From: an uncultured Candidatus Saccharibacteria bacterium | GTDB taxonomy: Bacteria; Patescibacteriota; Doudnabacteria; UBA920 | Length of the DNA: 64,000 nucleotides | Assembly: GCA_964600695.1 (NCBI GenBank) | Contig: CAZRKK010000002.1 | Coordinates: 115,900-179,899 of the forward strand | Direction: 5' to 3' | In this document: positions 8,268 to 18,227 of the stretch, piece after piece | How the letters are laid out: the number at the start of each line of letters is the position of its first letter | How positions within the stretch are numbered: the first letter of the stretch is position 1 | Position numbers and translations under genes: made by a program | Notes under the pieces: model-generated | What the model was told of the DNA's origin: nothing | What the model saw: only the letters and a program-made list of their open reading frames with translations | The model's database searches: none

Positions 8268-10059
8268 AACAAATTCTGGGGCACTAGCTGGGTTGTCACA
8301 AAAGTTGGGTGACTATCAGTACCTTGCTCCGTTGCTAGGAGTACTAATTGTATTATTAGTTGGCATAGGTGTTTGGTATTGGCAAAAATATAATGCTTCT
8401 ACTTTGACCCCAGGTGGTTATGGTTACTACTTTGATGGTCAACAGCCTCCGCTTCCAGAAACACCAGTTTTACCCGAGGGAAGTTATTATGTACCGACTA
8501 CAGTAGAAAATCCAGACTCCTCTGGAGCTCCTAAAGCAAATACTACTGTGCAGTGGAAGTCTGCCGCAAAGCTAGAAGATATGGGTCTAATTAAAGGTTT
8601 ACAAGAAGGTTATGATGAAGTTGAATATTACTATCTAGGAAACCGTGGTGCCAACAAGATTATTTTAGCTCAGGTCCCAGCAATGGATCCTGGTGGGCCA
8701 AGTATTTTCTTATTTGAGCAAACAAGTAAGGGTTATACTTTCATGTCCTTAATGTCCAGCCAGTATTTTTACAGAGGACCAAATGACCCAATGGGTAGTG
8801 GTTATTACGCCATTAGTCCATTAGTCACAAGTTCTGATACTAAGAGCTATTACTACGGTATTGTGGGTCCTTCGAAATTTACTTATAACGGCTCCACTTT
8901 AGAACAATCATATTTAAGACCATTAAGTATGTTCGAATTGTACCGAGAGTCTGCAGTGAAAGATTTGGATACAACAGTAACTAAAGTCGCTACACTTAAG
9001 GATGGTGAGTTGTATATTTTTCAAAGTAACACTTTCGTGGACGAAACTACACCAAATCAAGAAAGATTCATTGCTCGCCGATATATACTAAAATTACCAA
9101 GTGGTTTATACACTAATTATAATGTGACTTATGGTTTCTTTTCGGATGACAGAGTTCCAAATATCACTTGGACAGACGGGACAAAGAATACGGATATTTA
9201 TAGCCAAGCTGCATCTTTAAGCGGTTGTGGTTCACCAGGGGCATACATTGTTCCGGCCAGAGATATCTCTGGAGATGTAAAAATTGCTGGAACGACTAGC
9301 ACTAATAATGTTATTTACGAATTTAATGATGTTAAAGATAAAACTTTAGAGTATTTCTATAAGTTACAAGGTGGGCAGCGTTATAATAGAGAGACAAATC
9401 AATTTGAACCCATGTCTATTTCTGAATGGTACAAGCATCATCCAGTAATAGCAATCAAAAATAGTGCAGGGGATTATGTGCTCATGACTAATGAAGCTTA
9501 TGGTCTTGCAGCAGAATGTGGTAAGCCTGTTATCTATTTATACCCAACTCAGCCAACCGCAGTTTCTGTTAAAGTAGGCGCAGACGTAACTGTTTCCGAA
9601 CCAGCTTATAATCAGGGTTGGAAAGTTATTGCTAAGCCTAATGGCTCGTTAATTAATAGTGATGGTTTAAGTTATGATTCATTGTTCTGGGAAGGCTTAG
9701 GCGATGGTCAGTATCCTTCTATTAGAGCCGGGTTTGTTGTAGCTCAAAAAGACCTTGATAAAACTATTACAGAGCATTTAAAAGCTCAGGGTTTGAATGC
9801 CAAGGAATCTCAAGACTTTAAAGATTTTTGGATGTCCAGATTACCAAAAACTCCTTATGTTCGTCTAACTTGGTTTACAACTGCTCAGATGGACAGCTTA
9901 GCTCCTTTGTACGTGACTCCTAAGCCAGATACTGTAATTCGTGTGTTCCTAGATTTTGCAGGTATGAATGAGTTTGCATCTATTCCTCAGCAAAAGTTAA
10001 CTGCTGTTCCTCGACAAGGTTTCACTCTTGTAGAGTGGGGTGGACTATTAAAAAAGTAA
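8254..10059 (+). CDS. hypothetical membrane-anchored extracytoplasmic protein (601 aa)
   Basis: One N-terminal TM is followed by a large Tyr/Gly/Asn-rich ectodomain. Confidence 0.5.
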   Translation: MNENKTNSGALAGLSQKLGDYQYLAPLLGVLIVLLVGIGVWYWQKYNASTLTPGGYGYYFDGQQPPLPETPVLPEGSYYVPTTVENPDSSGAPKANTTVQWKSAAKLEDMGLIKGLQEGYDEVEYYYLGNRGANKIILAQVPAMDPGGPSIFLFEQTSKGYTFMSLMSSQYFYRGPNDPMGSGYYAISPLVTSSDTKSYYYGIVGPSKFTYNGSTLEQSYLRPLSMFELYRESAVKDLDTTVTKVATLKDGELYIFQSNTFVDETTPNQERFIARRYILKLPSGLYTNYNVTYGFFSDDRVPNITWTDGTKNTDIYSQAASLSGCGSPGAYIVPARDISGDVKIAGTTSTNNVIYEFNDVKDKTLEYFYKLQGGQRYNRETNQFEPMSISEWYKHHPVIAIKNSAGDYVLMTNEAYGLAAECGKPVIYLYPTQPTAVSVKVGADVTVSEPAYNQGWKVIAKPNGSLINSDGLSYDSLFWEGLGDGQYPSIRAGFVVAQKDLDKTITEHLKAQGLNAKESQDFKDFWMSRLPKTPYVRLTWFTTAQMDSLAPLYVTPKPDTVIRVFLDFAGMNEFASIPQQKLTAVPRQGFTLVEWGGLLKK

Positions 10060-10076
10060 TATAAGATCTTAAAAAA

Positions 10077-10101
10077 ACCTTGGATAATCCAAGGTTTTTT
10101 T
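10077..10101 (+). terminator. rho-independent terminator
   Basis: accttgg-ataat-ccaaggt is followed by TTTTTT. Confidence 0.65.
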
Positions 10102-10156
10102 AAATAGCCAACTGTAGTTATTTGGGTTATACTAAGAAAAAATTTAAGGAGATCAT

Positions 10157-10759
10157 ATGAAAAGACTTACTATCCGTACTGGAAGAGTAGAGGCCGTTTT
10201 GGTTGGTATGTGGCAGACTGAATCAAAGACAATTGAGGTTGATTCGATAAAATGTTTTATCAACGAAGGTATTAAGGGTGATAAACATAGTATGGGTAGA
10301 GTAGGAGATGCTAGGGAAGATGCTATTAAGCACTTTGGATTACCAAAAGATATTCAAGTTGCTAACATGAGAGAATTCTCCGCTATCTCTGTGGAGGAAC
10401 TGGAAGAGATTAGCAAGAATATGTCTTTATCTGAGAGAATTCCTTTTGGATGCTTGGGGGAAAATATTGTGATAAGTGGTATTGGTGATTTTAGCAAATT
10501 ACCTCCTAATACTCAGTTATTTTTTGAAACCCCGAGTCATCAGAAGAGAGCATGCTCTTTGTTGGTGTGTGATCAAAACAATCCATGTCTTGAACCTGGT
10601 AAAAATATTGCTGAATACTTTGCAGACGAAAAACTAGCTGCTATGTTCCCAAAAGCGGCAATGGACAGGCGAGGGTTAGTAGGTATAGTTTATACTTCTG
10701 GAAAGATAAAAGTAGGCGACAAAGTTTTCGCGTATAGTTTTACAAAAACCCCTGATTGA
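10157..10759 (+). CDS. MOSC-domain protein (YiiM-like)
   Basis: A beta-barrel MOSC signature is present, including GENIVISG and conserved Cys. Confidence 0.55.
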   Translation: MKRLTIRTGRVEAVLVGMWQTESKTIEVDSIKCFINEGIKGDKHSMGRVGDAREDAIKHFGLPKDIQVANMREFSAISVEELEEISKNMSLSERIPFGCLGENIVISGIGDFSKLPPNTQLFFETPSHQKRACSLLVCDQNNPCLEPGKNIAEYFADEKLAAMFPKAAMDRRGLVGIVYTSGKIKVGDKVFAYSFTKTPD

Positions 10760-10776
10760 CAGGGGTTTTATTTTTT
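10750..10776. terminator. bidirectional terminator (MOSC gene / convergent phosphatase gene)
   Basis: cccctg-attga-cagggg is followed by ttttatttttt. Confidence 0.6.
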
Positions 10777-12832
10777 AGAATTTAACTGAAAGTAATTCAG
10801 AACCATTCAAGATATATATGATCTTAGCTTTTTCATCAACAGTAAAATCTTTTAGTTCAGTAAACTGGTCACTGGTTAGGGTTTTAACCAAAGCACCGGT
10901 CTTGTTTAGAATTACTACGCGCTTGTTGCCACTATCTAAAATGTATAAGTTTGTAAAATCATTTTGAGTGAATAACTTTGTGGTACTTGATAGACCAGAG
11001 ATACCAGGTGAGTAGTCCTGTTTTTTACCAGAGTTATATTTTAAAATAGTACCGCTAGTGGCAACATAAATATTGCCATCAATAGCTAAGTCGGAACCAG
11101 ACTTAAATTGATCATCTTGAGCCGAAACTGTTCCAGAGGTAAAGGTTCTATTAGCTGTTGTAAAATTACGAATTTCACCCTTAGATTTGTCTAATACATA
11201 AACTTTATTATTAGTAGCGTAAGTTTTCATGCCACCAAAATTGTCTCCGCTTGGCACATTATCACTATATCTTCCTGTCACAATGTCACTGTTATAATCC
11301 CAGACAAATAATTCCGAACCATTATATATAGCGGCCATGTTATTTGCTAAGCTAGTGCTGTCTAAAATTGGTTCACTAGATTTAAGTTTGTTATCCACAA
11401 TTGATTTGGATGATTTTTGGTAGGCAACTATAGAGCGATTAACTTCCACAGCAAAATAGTCTGGCAAATTAATTAAATTACTACCATTCCCGAGTGTGCC
11501 TAAATTAGTTGCAGAAACCTTTTCTACTTTATTAAGTTTTAGGTTAAGCTCGTCTGCTTGCTTCTTTAAATCTGCATACTTACTAGCTTGATCACTTTTT
11601 TCTATATCACTTGGCAGTTGAGAGAATAAACTAGCCACTTCCGAATAGAGCTTGGAAGCTTGCTCTTGATCGCCATATAATAGGGCAGCGTTAGCATCAT
11701 TTAAAGATTTTTCGATATTAGTAAGTGCTGAAGTGGACTGAGTTACAGTTTCTACTTTTTTGTTGTTAACCTGAGCGATAATTAGGTTGGTAACTAAAGC
11801 GATTAATAGAATAGCTGCAGAAATTAAGAAAAACTTTTTTTGTCGGCTATAACCAGAGACTTGTCCACTAATTTGATTTGGTTGGAATTTAGAAGCAGTC
11901 TTTTTTAAAGTACCTTGAACTAAACCAATTCCTTTTCCAGACTTCGAAGCAATGCCTTGCCAATAACTCTTCTTGATATATTTTGTTTTAAAATCACCAA
12001 GGAAATTTTTGGAAATTAATAATCCAGTACTAGCGGCTTGTTTTACTTTATGAGGGATCCAACTTTTACCTTTGTTGCTAATCTGACCTGGGTTAGTAAT
12101 CACTTCGGACTTCGCAACTGGTCCAGTTAAGTATTGGCTCAAATCTACTTCTTCATCAGAAGTCGTGCCTGCTTTAACTTGCAAAGCAAAGATAGTCCCA
12201 CAGGCTACGTCTGGACCCATATCATCATTAAGATATTCAATGATGCTTTGCGCGGCGATAGGAAGATCGTTTTTATCAATCAAATTTTTAATGCGATCAA
12301 TAGAAATATGATTCAAAAGTTCTGGAGTCGAAAGCATAAATAAATCTCCTAGGCGCATTTTGCCTTCGGAGAATTGTTCAAAAGTTTTTAGAGGTTGATT
12401 GCTTCCAATGGAATTATCGGTGATAGATGAAAACTTACCTTCGCGGTAAATTAGCGCAGAGATTTTTCCAACACTTGAAACACTTAATACGCCATCGTGT
12501 TTGACTGCAACTGCAGCGTTAAGTTTGCCTAACCAATGAGTTTTGCCCAGAGTGACAAGCTTGCTTAACTCTTCGTTGATACTAGCTAAGGCAGATTCGA
12601 AAATTCCTTGCTGTGAGGTGCGGCGGTAGGTTCTTTTTAAAGAAGCAGTGATAGCCTCGGCGATTCTCTGGCATTCGTCTTTAGCAGCAGGATTGAACAT
12701 GGGCAATTCACAGATCACATAGATCTCTGTGCCAATAGAATCGATAGTTTCGGCTAGGGTATAGACGAAAGTTGAAGACTGACGATTGTCTCCCAGCTGA
12801 ATCTTTACTACTTGTGTTTCTAATTCTGTCAT
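10775..12832 (-). CDS. membrane protein with an N-terminal PP2C-like phosphatase domain, one TM and a C-terminal NHL/beta-propeller-like repeat domain
   Basis: PP2C-like blocks (AAVAVKHDGVLSVSSVGKISALIYREG; GDLFMLSTPELL), then a TM helix (FFLISAAILLIALVTNLIIAQV), then repeated YVLD/IYVAT/LYILD beta-strand motifs. Confidence 0.45.
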   Translation of the reverse strand: MTELETQVVKIQLGDNRQSSTFVYTLAETIDSIGTEIYVICELPMFNPAAKDECQRIAEAITASLKRTYRRTSQQGIFESALASINEELSKLVTLGKTHWLGKLNAAVAVKHDGVLSVSSVGKISALIYREGKFSSITDNSIGSNQPLKTFEQFSEGKMRLGDLFMLSTPELLNHISIDRIKNLIDKNDLPIAAQSIIEYLNDDMGPDVACGTIFALQVKAGTTSDEEVDLSQYLTGPVAKSEVITNPGQISNKGKSWIPHKVKQAASTGLLISKNFLGDFKTKYIKKSYWQGIASKSGKGIGLVQGTLKKTASKFQPNQISGQVSGYSRQKKFFLISAAILLIALVTNLIIAQVNNKKVETVTQSTSALTNIEKSLNDANAALLYGDQEQASKLYSEVASLFSQLPSDIEKSDQASKYADLKKQADELNLKLNKVEKVSATNLGTLGNGSNLINLPDYFAVEVNRSIVAYQKSSKSIVDNKLKSSEPILDSTSLANNMAAIYNGSELFVWDYNSDIVTGRYSDNVPSGDNFGGMKTYATNNKVYVLDKSKGEIRNFTTANRTFTSGTVSAQDDQFKSGSDLAIDGNIYVATSGTILKYNSGKKQDYSPGISGLSSTTKLFTQNDFTNLYILDSGNKRVVILNKTGALVKTLTSDQFTELKDFTVDEKAKIIYILNGSELLSVKF

Positions 12833-12911
12833 TTCCCTAATTATATCACAAAATCATCCTTAAAATTCAATGATATAAAAGAGGAAAAAAGGGTATGGTA
12901 TAATTTTAGAT

Positions 12912-13841
12912 ATGATTACAAGATTATCCGACATTATAGACACAGGCTCGCAGGCCGAGCTATTGGCTTTTTTTATTACAGCCACACCAAGAAGCTTTTC
13001 CGTTCTAGAATTATCTAGACGTTTAAAAATAAACCCCAGTGAGGTGAAGATTTCGGCAACGGATTTAGAGAAGCAAAATTTACTAAAGACTTTCTCTAAA
13101 AATAGAACTACTTTTTACTTGTTGAATCAGCGCCATGCTATGATTCCACAACTCAGGGATTCTTTTAGAAAAGAACACAAACAATGGCCAGATGAACTGG
13201 CAAGTAGTATCAAAAAACTAGGGACGCTTTCGGGGATTTTTTTATCAGGAATTTTTGTAGGGCGTCCAGAGTTGGTGGTAGATTTGTTATTAGTTGGAAA
13301 CGTAAGTGATACCCAGTTAGCTAAATTTTTGAAAACTACCAGCAAGCAATTTGGGGGAGAGTTGAATTATAGTATTATGTCGCCAGAAGAATTTGTAATG
13401 CGCCGTGATACCTTTGACCGTTTTATTAAAGATATTTTTGATTATCCTCACATTGTTTTGTTAGATAGATCAAATGCTCCTTTAAGCCATTCCACTTCAG
13501 TTCTGAAGGCTCAATCGAAGCCTGTAGTTGCAAAATCAGCTCCGGCAAAGCCAGTAGCGAAGAAAACTATTGCAAAGAAGCCAGTAGCAAAGAAACCAGT
13601 AGTTAAGAAACCAGCTGTTAAGAAACCTGCTCCTGCGAAACCAATAGCTAAGAAACTACCAGTACAAAAAGCTAAGCTATCAAAACCGCCAGTTAAAAAA
13701 GCCAAGCCGGTAAAAAAGTCCAAATCAACTAAATCAGCCAAGCAAGTTAAAGCAAAACATTCTCCTAAGAAGACTCCTATCAAAAAAGCTTCTAATAAAA
13801 AGCGTGCAACAAAAAAACGTTCTATTAAAAAACGTATCTAA
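12912..13841 (+). CDS. DNA-binding protein with an N-terminal winged-helix and a C-terminal histone H1-like Lys/Ala/Pro-rich tail
   Basis: The C-terminal 100 aa are KKPVAKKP-type repeats (tandem DNA repeat 13540-13650). Confidence 0.5.
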   Translation: MITRLSDIIDTGSQAELLAFFITATPRSFSVLELSRRLKINPSEVKISATDLEKQNLLKTFSKNRTTFYLLNQRHAMIPQLRDSFRKEHKQWPDELASSIKKLGTLSGIFLSGIFVGRPELVVDLLLVGNVSDTQLAKFLKTTSKQFGGELNYSIMSPEEFVMRRDTFDRFIKDIFDYPHIVLLDRSNAPLSHSTSVLKAQSKPVVAKSAPAKPVAKKTIAKKPVAKKPVVKKPAVKKPAPAKPIAKKLPVQKAKLSKPPVKKAKPVKKSKSTKSAKQVKAKHSPKKTPIKKASNKKRATKKRSIKKRI

Positions 13842-14074
13842 TGCAATTTTTAATTGATTCTTACAATCAAATTCTGGGTTATTTCCCAAACTTCCTGCAT
13901 CCATTTATTTCTATTGGTTTGGCAGTCTTTTTAATCTACTCCATCTTCCAAGTACTTAAGAGAAACTTTATTTGGTTGATTGTCCTTGTAATTTTATTAC
14001 CCGCATCCATCCCAATATTAAAAGGAGTATGGAATGCATTACTCACAGTTATAAAATTCTTACTCGGGAAGTAA
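13841..14074 (+). CDS. small membrane protein (77 aa)
   Basis: The start overlaps the upstream stop (TAATG) and there are two TM helices. Confidence 0.45.
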   Translation: MQFLIDSYNQILGYFPNFLHPFISIGLAVFLIYSIFQVLKRNFIWLIVLVILLPASIPILKGVWNALLTVIKFLLGK

Positions 14075-14190
14075 AACAACTAGTTTTAATTTTAAAATAC
14101 CTCGATGCCTTTGCAATGGGGTATTTTTTTACTATTGACATAGGAGCGTAAATCTGTTATTTTACTGGGTCGTTAAGACAGGAGGAGGAT

Positions 14191-14430
14191 ATGACATTAC
14201 TCACAGACGAAGATCAAGCCGGTGATCCCCAGGAAGAGGTTACCCAAAATGAAGAAAGAATTTGTACGATTACTTATGAACCATTTCCATTGATCTCATC
14301 ACCTTGTGGTGGGGTGATAGAGAAAAGGGAAGTATTCATCCGAAGTGAAGTTTCTTTGGGCGGCCCGCCTCCAGTACCTTTTGATACTTTCGGCGTCTGC
14401 AACAAATGCAAAGTGCGATTTGACTGGTAG
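14191..14430 (+). CDS. small Cys-containing hypothetical protein (79 aa)
   Basis: SD GGAGGAGG precedes ATG. The protein has Cys at C..C..CNKC and an acidic N-terminus. Confidence 0.5.
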   Translation: MTLLTDEDQAGDPQEEVTQNEERICTITYEPFPLISSPCGGVIEKREVFIRSEVSLGGPPPVPFDTFGVCNKCKVRFDW

Positions 14431-14558
14431 TTATCTAAAATGTGGATAACTTTCATGGTGAACGAACATACAGCCTATTTTGGGCTGTTTTTTATTTATT
14501 GACATGGGGTGTACGCTCGTATACTATTTATATACAAGAGCACTAATTAAAAAAATCT

Positions 14559-15170
14559 ATGAGTATCACAAAGAGGCAAAAAGAATTACTAGAATTTATA
14601 GTCCATCAAGTTCGGGAGTACAGCATGCCTCCATCATTATCCGAGATGGCAGACCATCTAGGTGTTAAATCTAAGAACGCGGTAGCCAAATTACTTACCG
14701 CACTAGAAGATGGTGGTTACATAGAGACTAACGGTAAAGCTCGGGGGATATCAGTATTAGAAAGTTTGTCTGATAGTCTCCAAAAAGGTTTGGTGCGAGT
14801 ACCGGTGTTGGGTTCTATTCAGGCGGGTAGCCCTCATTTAGCAGAAGAATTTGTAGAAGAGTGGATAAACTTACCTCAATCGTTTATCAAGGGTCGCCGC
14901 GATGTATTTCTTCTCCGAGTTAGGGGAGATAGTATGATCAACGCTGGTATTCATGAAGGTGATCTAGTAATTGTTCGTCCGACTCGCGAAGCAAAGCATA
15001 ACGATATCGTAGTAGCACTCCTTCATGATGAAGCCACTGTAAAGAGATTCGTTCAAATTAAAAATCGTGCCTACTTAAAAGCAGAGAATCCAGACTATCA
15101 AAACATATATCCAAAAGAAGAGTGGATGGTGCAAGGTAAAGTAGTCGGTGTAATTCGAAATTTAGAATAA
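14559..15170 (+). CDS. lexA: LexA repressor (S24 peptidase)
   Basis: An N-terminal wHTH is followed by the Ala-Gly cleavage region and the Ser (GDSM) / Lys catalytic dyad. Confidence 0.9.
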   Translation: MSITKRQKELLEFIVHQVREYSMPPSLSEMADHLGVKSKNAVAKLLTALEDGGYIETNGKARGISVLESLSDSLQKGLVRVPVLGSIQAGSPHLAEEFVEEWINLPQSFIKGRRDVFLLRVRGDSMINAGIHEGDLVIVRPTREAKHNDIVVALLHDEATVKRFVQIKNRAYLKAENPDYQNIYPKEEWMVQGKVVGVIRNLE

Positions 15171-15216
15171 CTTAGTAAACAAAACATTTATCATTAACCA
15201 TAGAAAGGATAACTCT

Positions 15217-15399
15217 ATGTCTGATTTAGAATTGACCAAAAATGAGATCATCACTAAGCTACGCAAGCTTTGTGCTCATTGTGCCTCTGGTCGAAAGCAT
15301 TTTTGCTCAGTGCAAAGAATTTCGATGCAGGTAAAAGCTTTCCATGGAATCCCTTTGATAGTAAACAATGAATTTAAAGGGGTTATCTACAGCAATTAA
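15217..15399 (+). CDS. small Cys-containing protein (60 aa) downstream of lexA
   Basis: SD AAAGGA precedes ATG and the motif CAHC...C is present. Confidence 0.4.
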   Translation: MSDLELTKNEIITKLRKLCAHCASGRKHFCSVQRISMQVKAFHGIPLIVNNEFKGVIYSN

Positions 15400-15400
15400 A

Positions 15401-15430
15401 AGAGTGGTTAATCCACTCCTTTTAATTAGG
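15401..15430 (+). terminator. rho-independent terminator
   Basis: gagtgg-ttaa-tccactc is followed by TTTT. Confidence 0.55.
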
Positions 15431-15562
15431 CTTTGCCCTATATTTAGGGCTTGTTAAGCCCTTGAAATAGAGCTATGATTAAGTTGAATATAATGCTTAT
15501 TTAAGAGCATTTTTTATTTTATCCTTTATTTACGAGGGTTTTCTTTTCCTTATCCCTTGACA

Positions 15563-15591
15563 AAACACCCAAAATAAAGTATACTAATCAG
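15563..15591 (+). promoter_or_regulatory. sigma70 promoter (TTGACA-17-TATACT)
   Basis: Both hexamers match consensus. Confidence 0.55.
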
Positions 15592-15695
15592 ATTTATTAC
15601 TAGCTAGTCGGCTCGCAGTAAATCGAGAATTTATTAAATAATTGATGATTTAAGTTGGTTCTATCCGCTTAAATTTATCAGGAGAGCAAAGAACA

Positions 15696-18098
15696 ATGCG
15701 CAACATTTTCTTTAACCGTCAGTCAAGCAAACTTGGCCTGTTAGGTAGTTTGGTTGCGGTCGTTGCCGTGGCTTTAGTCTTAGCTTTAGTTCCTCAAAAA
15801 ACTAATATTAAGACACTCGCAGAAAACTGTGTAAATCCACCAACAACACCGACTCTCAACTACTGGCCGATTACGTATGACGACGTCAACACTCCGTTAT
15901 GTCACGACTTCCCAGCTATCGATGCTGCAGTCTACAACCCTAACGGTTCTCCAGTCTATTCACAAAGTGAAGCAGATTGGAACAATGGTTTGAATTTAAA
16001 TGCTGGTCAAGAAGGTGTAGCTTTGATGTATATCCACAACGGAGCTGCAAACAACTTACCAGGTAACCAAACCATGGCTCGTAATGTTAAAATTACAACC
16101 AACACTGATACTAGTGTAGGTAGTACTCATAACATTGCAGTTCGCTTCGCTGGTGATAACACCAACGTTGTAAACAAATCTTTTGCTGTTCATACTCCTG
16201 CTAATGCTCATTTGGAAATTGTTCCAAACAGTGGCTTTATGTACGACTATGAAGGTAACTTGGTTTTAGATCAACAAAACTTAAACTTAGGTAACTCTAC
16301 CTATACCTTAGGTGATCTTGATGCTTGTTTCGAATACAGTGTATTCTTAACATTCCGCTTCAAGGTTGTTGGTCCACCTGCACCAACAAATACTACTTTG
16401 AGCATCACTAAGCAAGTTCGCAGTTTAGACCGCAATACTAGCTTTGCTCCATCTGTAAATGTTGAACGTAACGAACGTGTACAGTACAAAGCTATTGTAA
16501 AAAACACTGGTACTACTACTGCTACTAACGTAGTCTTTACAGATAACGGTGTAGCTGGCATTCAAATCGAGTCTGGTTCTGTCACACTTGATGGCGGTCC
16601 TGCTCAACGTTCATTACCAGGTATCCTTCCTTTAGGGGATATGACTCCTGGAAGTGAAAGAACAATCATCTATAACGCACGAGCTACTAACACTGATGGT
16701 ACCTTTGTTAACACTGCAACTGCTGTAGCTAATAACGCTCCAAGTGTTTCTGCTACTGCTACTGTAATAGTAACTCATGTTAATCCTCCTGCTGGCGTTA
16801 TCGCTATTACTAAGTTAGTTAAGAATAACAATGCTGGTACTAGCTATGCCGATTCTGTCGGTGCTAAAACTGGTGAATGGACTAACTTTAAAGTAACTGT
16901 GACTAACACTGGTAATTCTGCTGTAAACAATGTCAAAATTACTGACCCGATTCCATCTGGTCTACAATATGACAGTGCTTCAGTAGTTACTACAGGATCT
17001 GTTAGCTTCGCTAACAATACTTTAACTGTAAACTTTGGTACTTTGGCCCCTGGTCAAAGCCGTACTGTAGAATTTGCTACTCAGGTAACTCGTTCTACAG
17101 CAGGTCAGATTTGTAACATTGCTACCGCTAGCGGTGATAATGTTCCTTCTGTAACTGCCGATGCTTGTGTTAATGTAACAAATCCTCCAGTAGAAACTCG
17201 TGTTCTTGCTGTTAAGAAATTCGTTAAGAACCTTAGCACAGGCACAGCGTATAGTGATGATTCAGTACAAGCTCGTACTGGCGAACGTGTAAACTTTAAA
17301 ATCTCTGTTACCAATAATGGTAATGCAGTTATAAATAACGTTCGTGTAACAGACGCTATCCCAAGTGGTCTTCAATTTGATGACTCCTTTACAGGTGATG
17401 GTGCTCCTAGTTTCACTGTACCTACTTTGAGCGTCGACTTTGGTAGCTTAGCTGCTGGTCAAACCAAGACAGTAGAATTTGCTGCTAAGGTATTAGCTGT
17501 AGCTCCTGCTAGCATTTGTAACGTTGCGAAAGCAACTGGTACAGGTGTTGCAGAAGTTACTGACAATGCTTGTGTAACAGTTTACACTACACCTAAACCA
17601 GGTGAACCAAACATTGTTCAAGTTAAGTCTGCTTTCAACAACACTAAAAATGTTGATGCTACAACTGTGAATGCTGCTCGTGGTGACACTATCACTTTCA
17701 CTTTAAAGACTACCAATAATGGTACTGCTGATGCAGTTAACTATGTAATCACAGATGATCTTTCTGGCGTATTGCCATTAGCTGATCTTATCGATAATGG
17801 TGGTGCTACTTTAAATGGTAACATCTTAAGTTATCCTGCGATCACTATCAAGCCAGGTGAAACTGTAACTAAAACTTTCGTAGTTAAAGTTAAGTCTAGC
17901 CTTGCCCCAACCTTGTCTTATCAAATTCGTAACACTTACGGAAATACCGTAGTAATCAATGTTCCTGGTAATATTATTTACCAAGCTCCTACTACTGGTG
18001 CTGCTGCGACTTCTGCTGCTGTATTCGCTGGTTTAATCACCATCGCTGCTGTAGCTGTCCGCCGTGGTAAAGACATCATGAGCTTTATCTTCGCATAA
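15696..18098 (+). CDS. large surface protein with tandem DUF11-type repeat domains and a sortase-like C-terminal sorting signal
   Basis: An N-terminal signal/TM, ~140-aa tandem repeats (e.g. ITDPIPSGLQYD / VTDAIPSGLQFD), and a C-terminal APTTG motif followed by a hydrophobic stretch and RRGKD. Confidence 0.6.
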   Translation: MRNIFFNRQSSKLGLLGSLVAVVAVALVLALVPQKTNIKTLAENCVNPPTTPTLNYWPITYDDVNTPLCHDFPAIDAAVYNPNGSPVYSQSEADWNNGLNLNAGQEGVALMYIHNGAANNLPGNQTMARNVKITTNTDTSVGSTHNIAVRFAGDNTNVVNKSFAVHTPANAHLEIVPNSGFMYDYEGNLVLDQQNLNLGNSTYTLGDLDACFEYSVFLTFRFKVVGPPAPTNTTLSITKQVRSLDRNTSFAPSVNVERNERVQYKAIVKNTGTTTATNVVFTDNGVAGIQIESGSVTLDGGPAQRSLPGILPLGDMTPGSERTIIYNARATNTDGTFVNTATAVANNAPSVSATATVIVTHVNPPAGVIAITKLVKNNNAGTSYADSVGAKTGEWTNFKVTVTNTGNSAVNNVKITDPIPSGLQYDSASVVTTGSVSFANNTLTVNFGTLAPGQSRTVEFATQVTRSTAGQICNIATASGDNVPSVTADACVNVTNPPVETRVLAVKKFVKNLSTGTAYSDDSVQARTGERVNFKISVTNNGNAVINNVRVTDAIPSGLQFDDSFTGDGAPSFTVPTLSVDFGSLAAGQTKTVEFAAKVLAVAPASICNVAKATGTGVAEVTDNACVTVYTTPKPGEPNIVQVKSAFNNTKNVDATTVNAARGDTITFTLKTTNNGTADAVNYVITDDLSGVLPLADLIDNGGATLNGNILSYPAITIKPGETVTKTFVVKVKSSLAPTLSYQIRNTYGNTVVINVPGNIIYQAPTTGAAATSAAVFAGLITIAAVAVRRGKDIMSFIFA

Positions 18099-18227
18099 AG
18101 CTTTGTCCCCAACTCTAAACATGCTGGGTGGCAAGATGTCGCCCTGTCCCATGTTATGAGTCATAATAATGAACAGGCCTAAAAAATCCCCGTCAGCCGA
18201 AAGGCAGGCGGGGATTTTGATTTGTAA

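Noticed and set aside
12134-13783. Antisense ORFs 12134..12343, 13127..13345, 13511..13783
   Set aside because: They are embedded antisense in well-supported longer genes. The third is the mirror of the Lys-rich repeat.
14480-14668. ORF 14480..14668 overlapping the lexA start
   Set aside because: It is a different frame across the lexA promoter and N-terminus. lexA homology fixes the frame.
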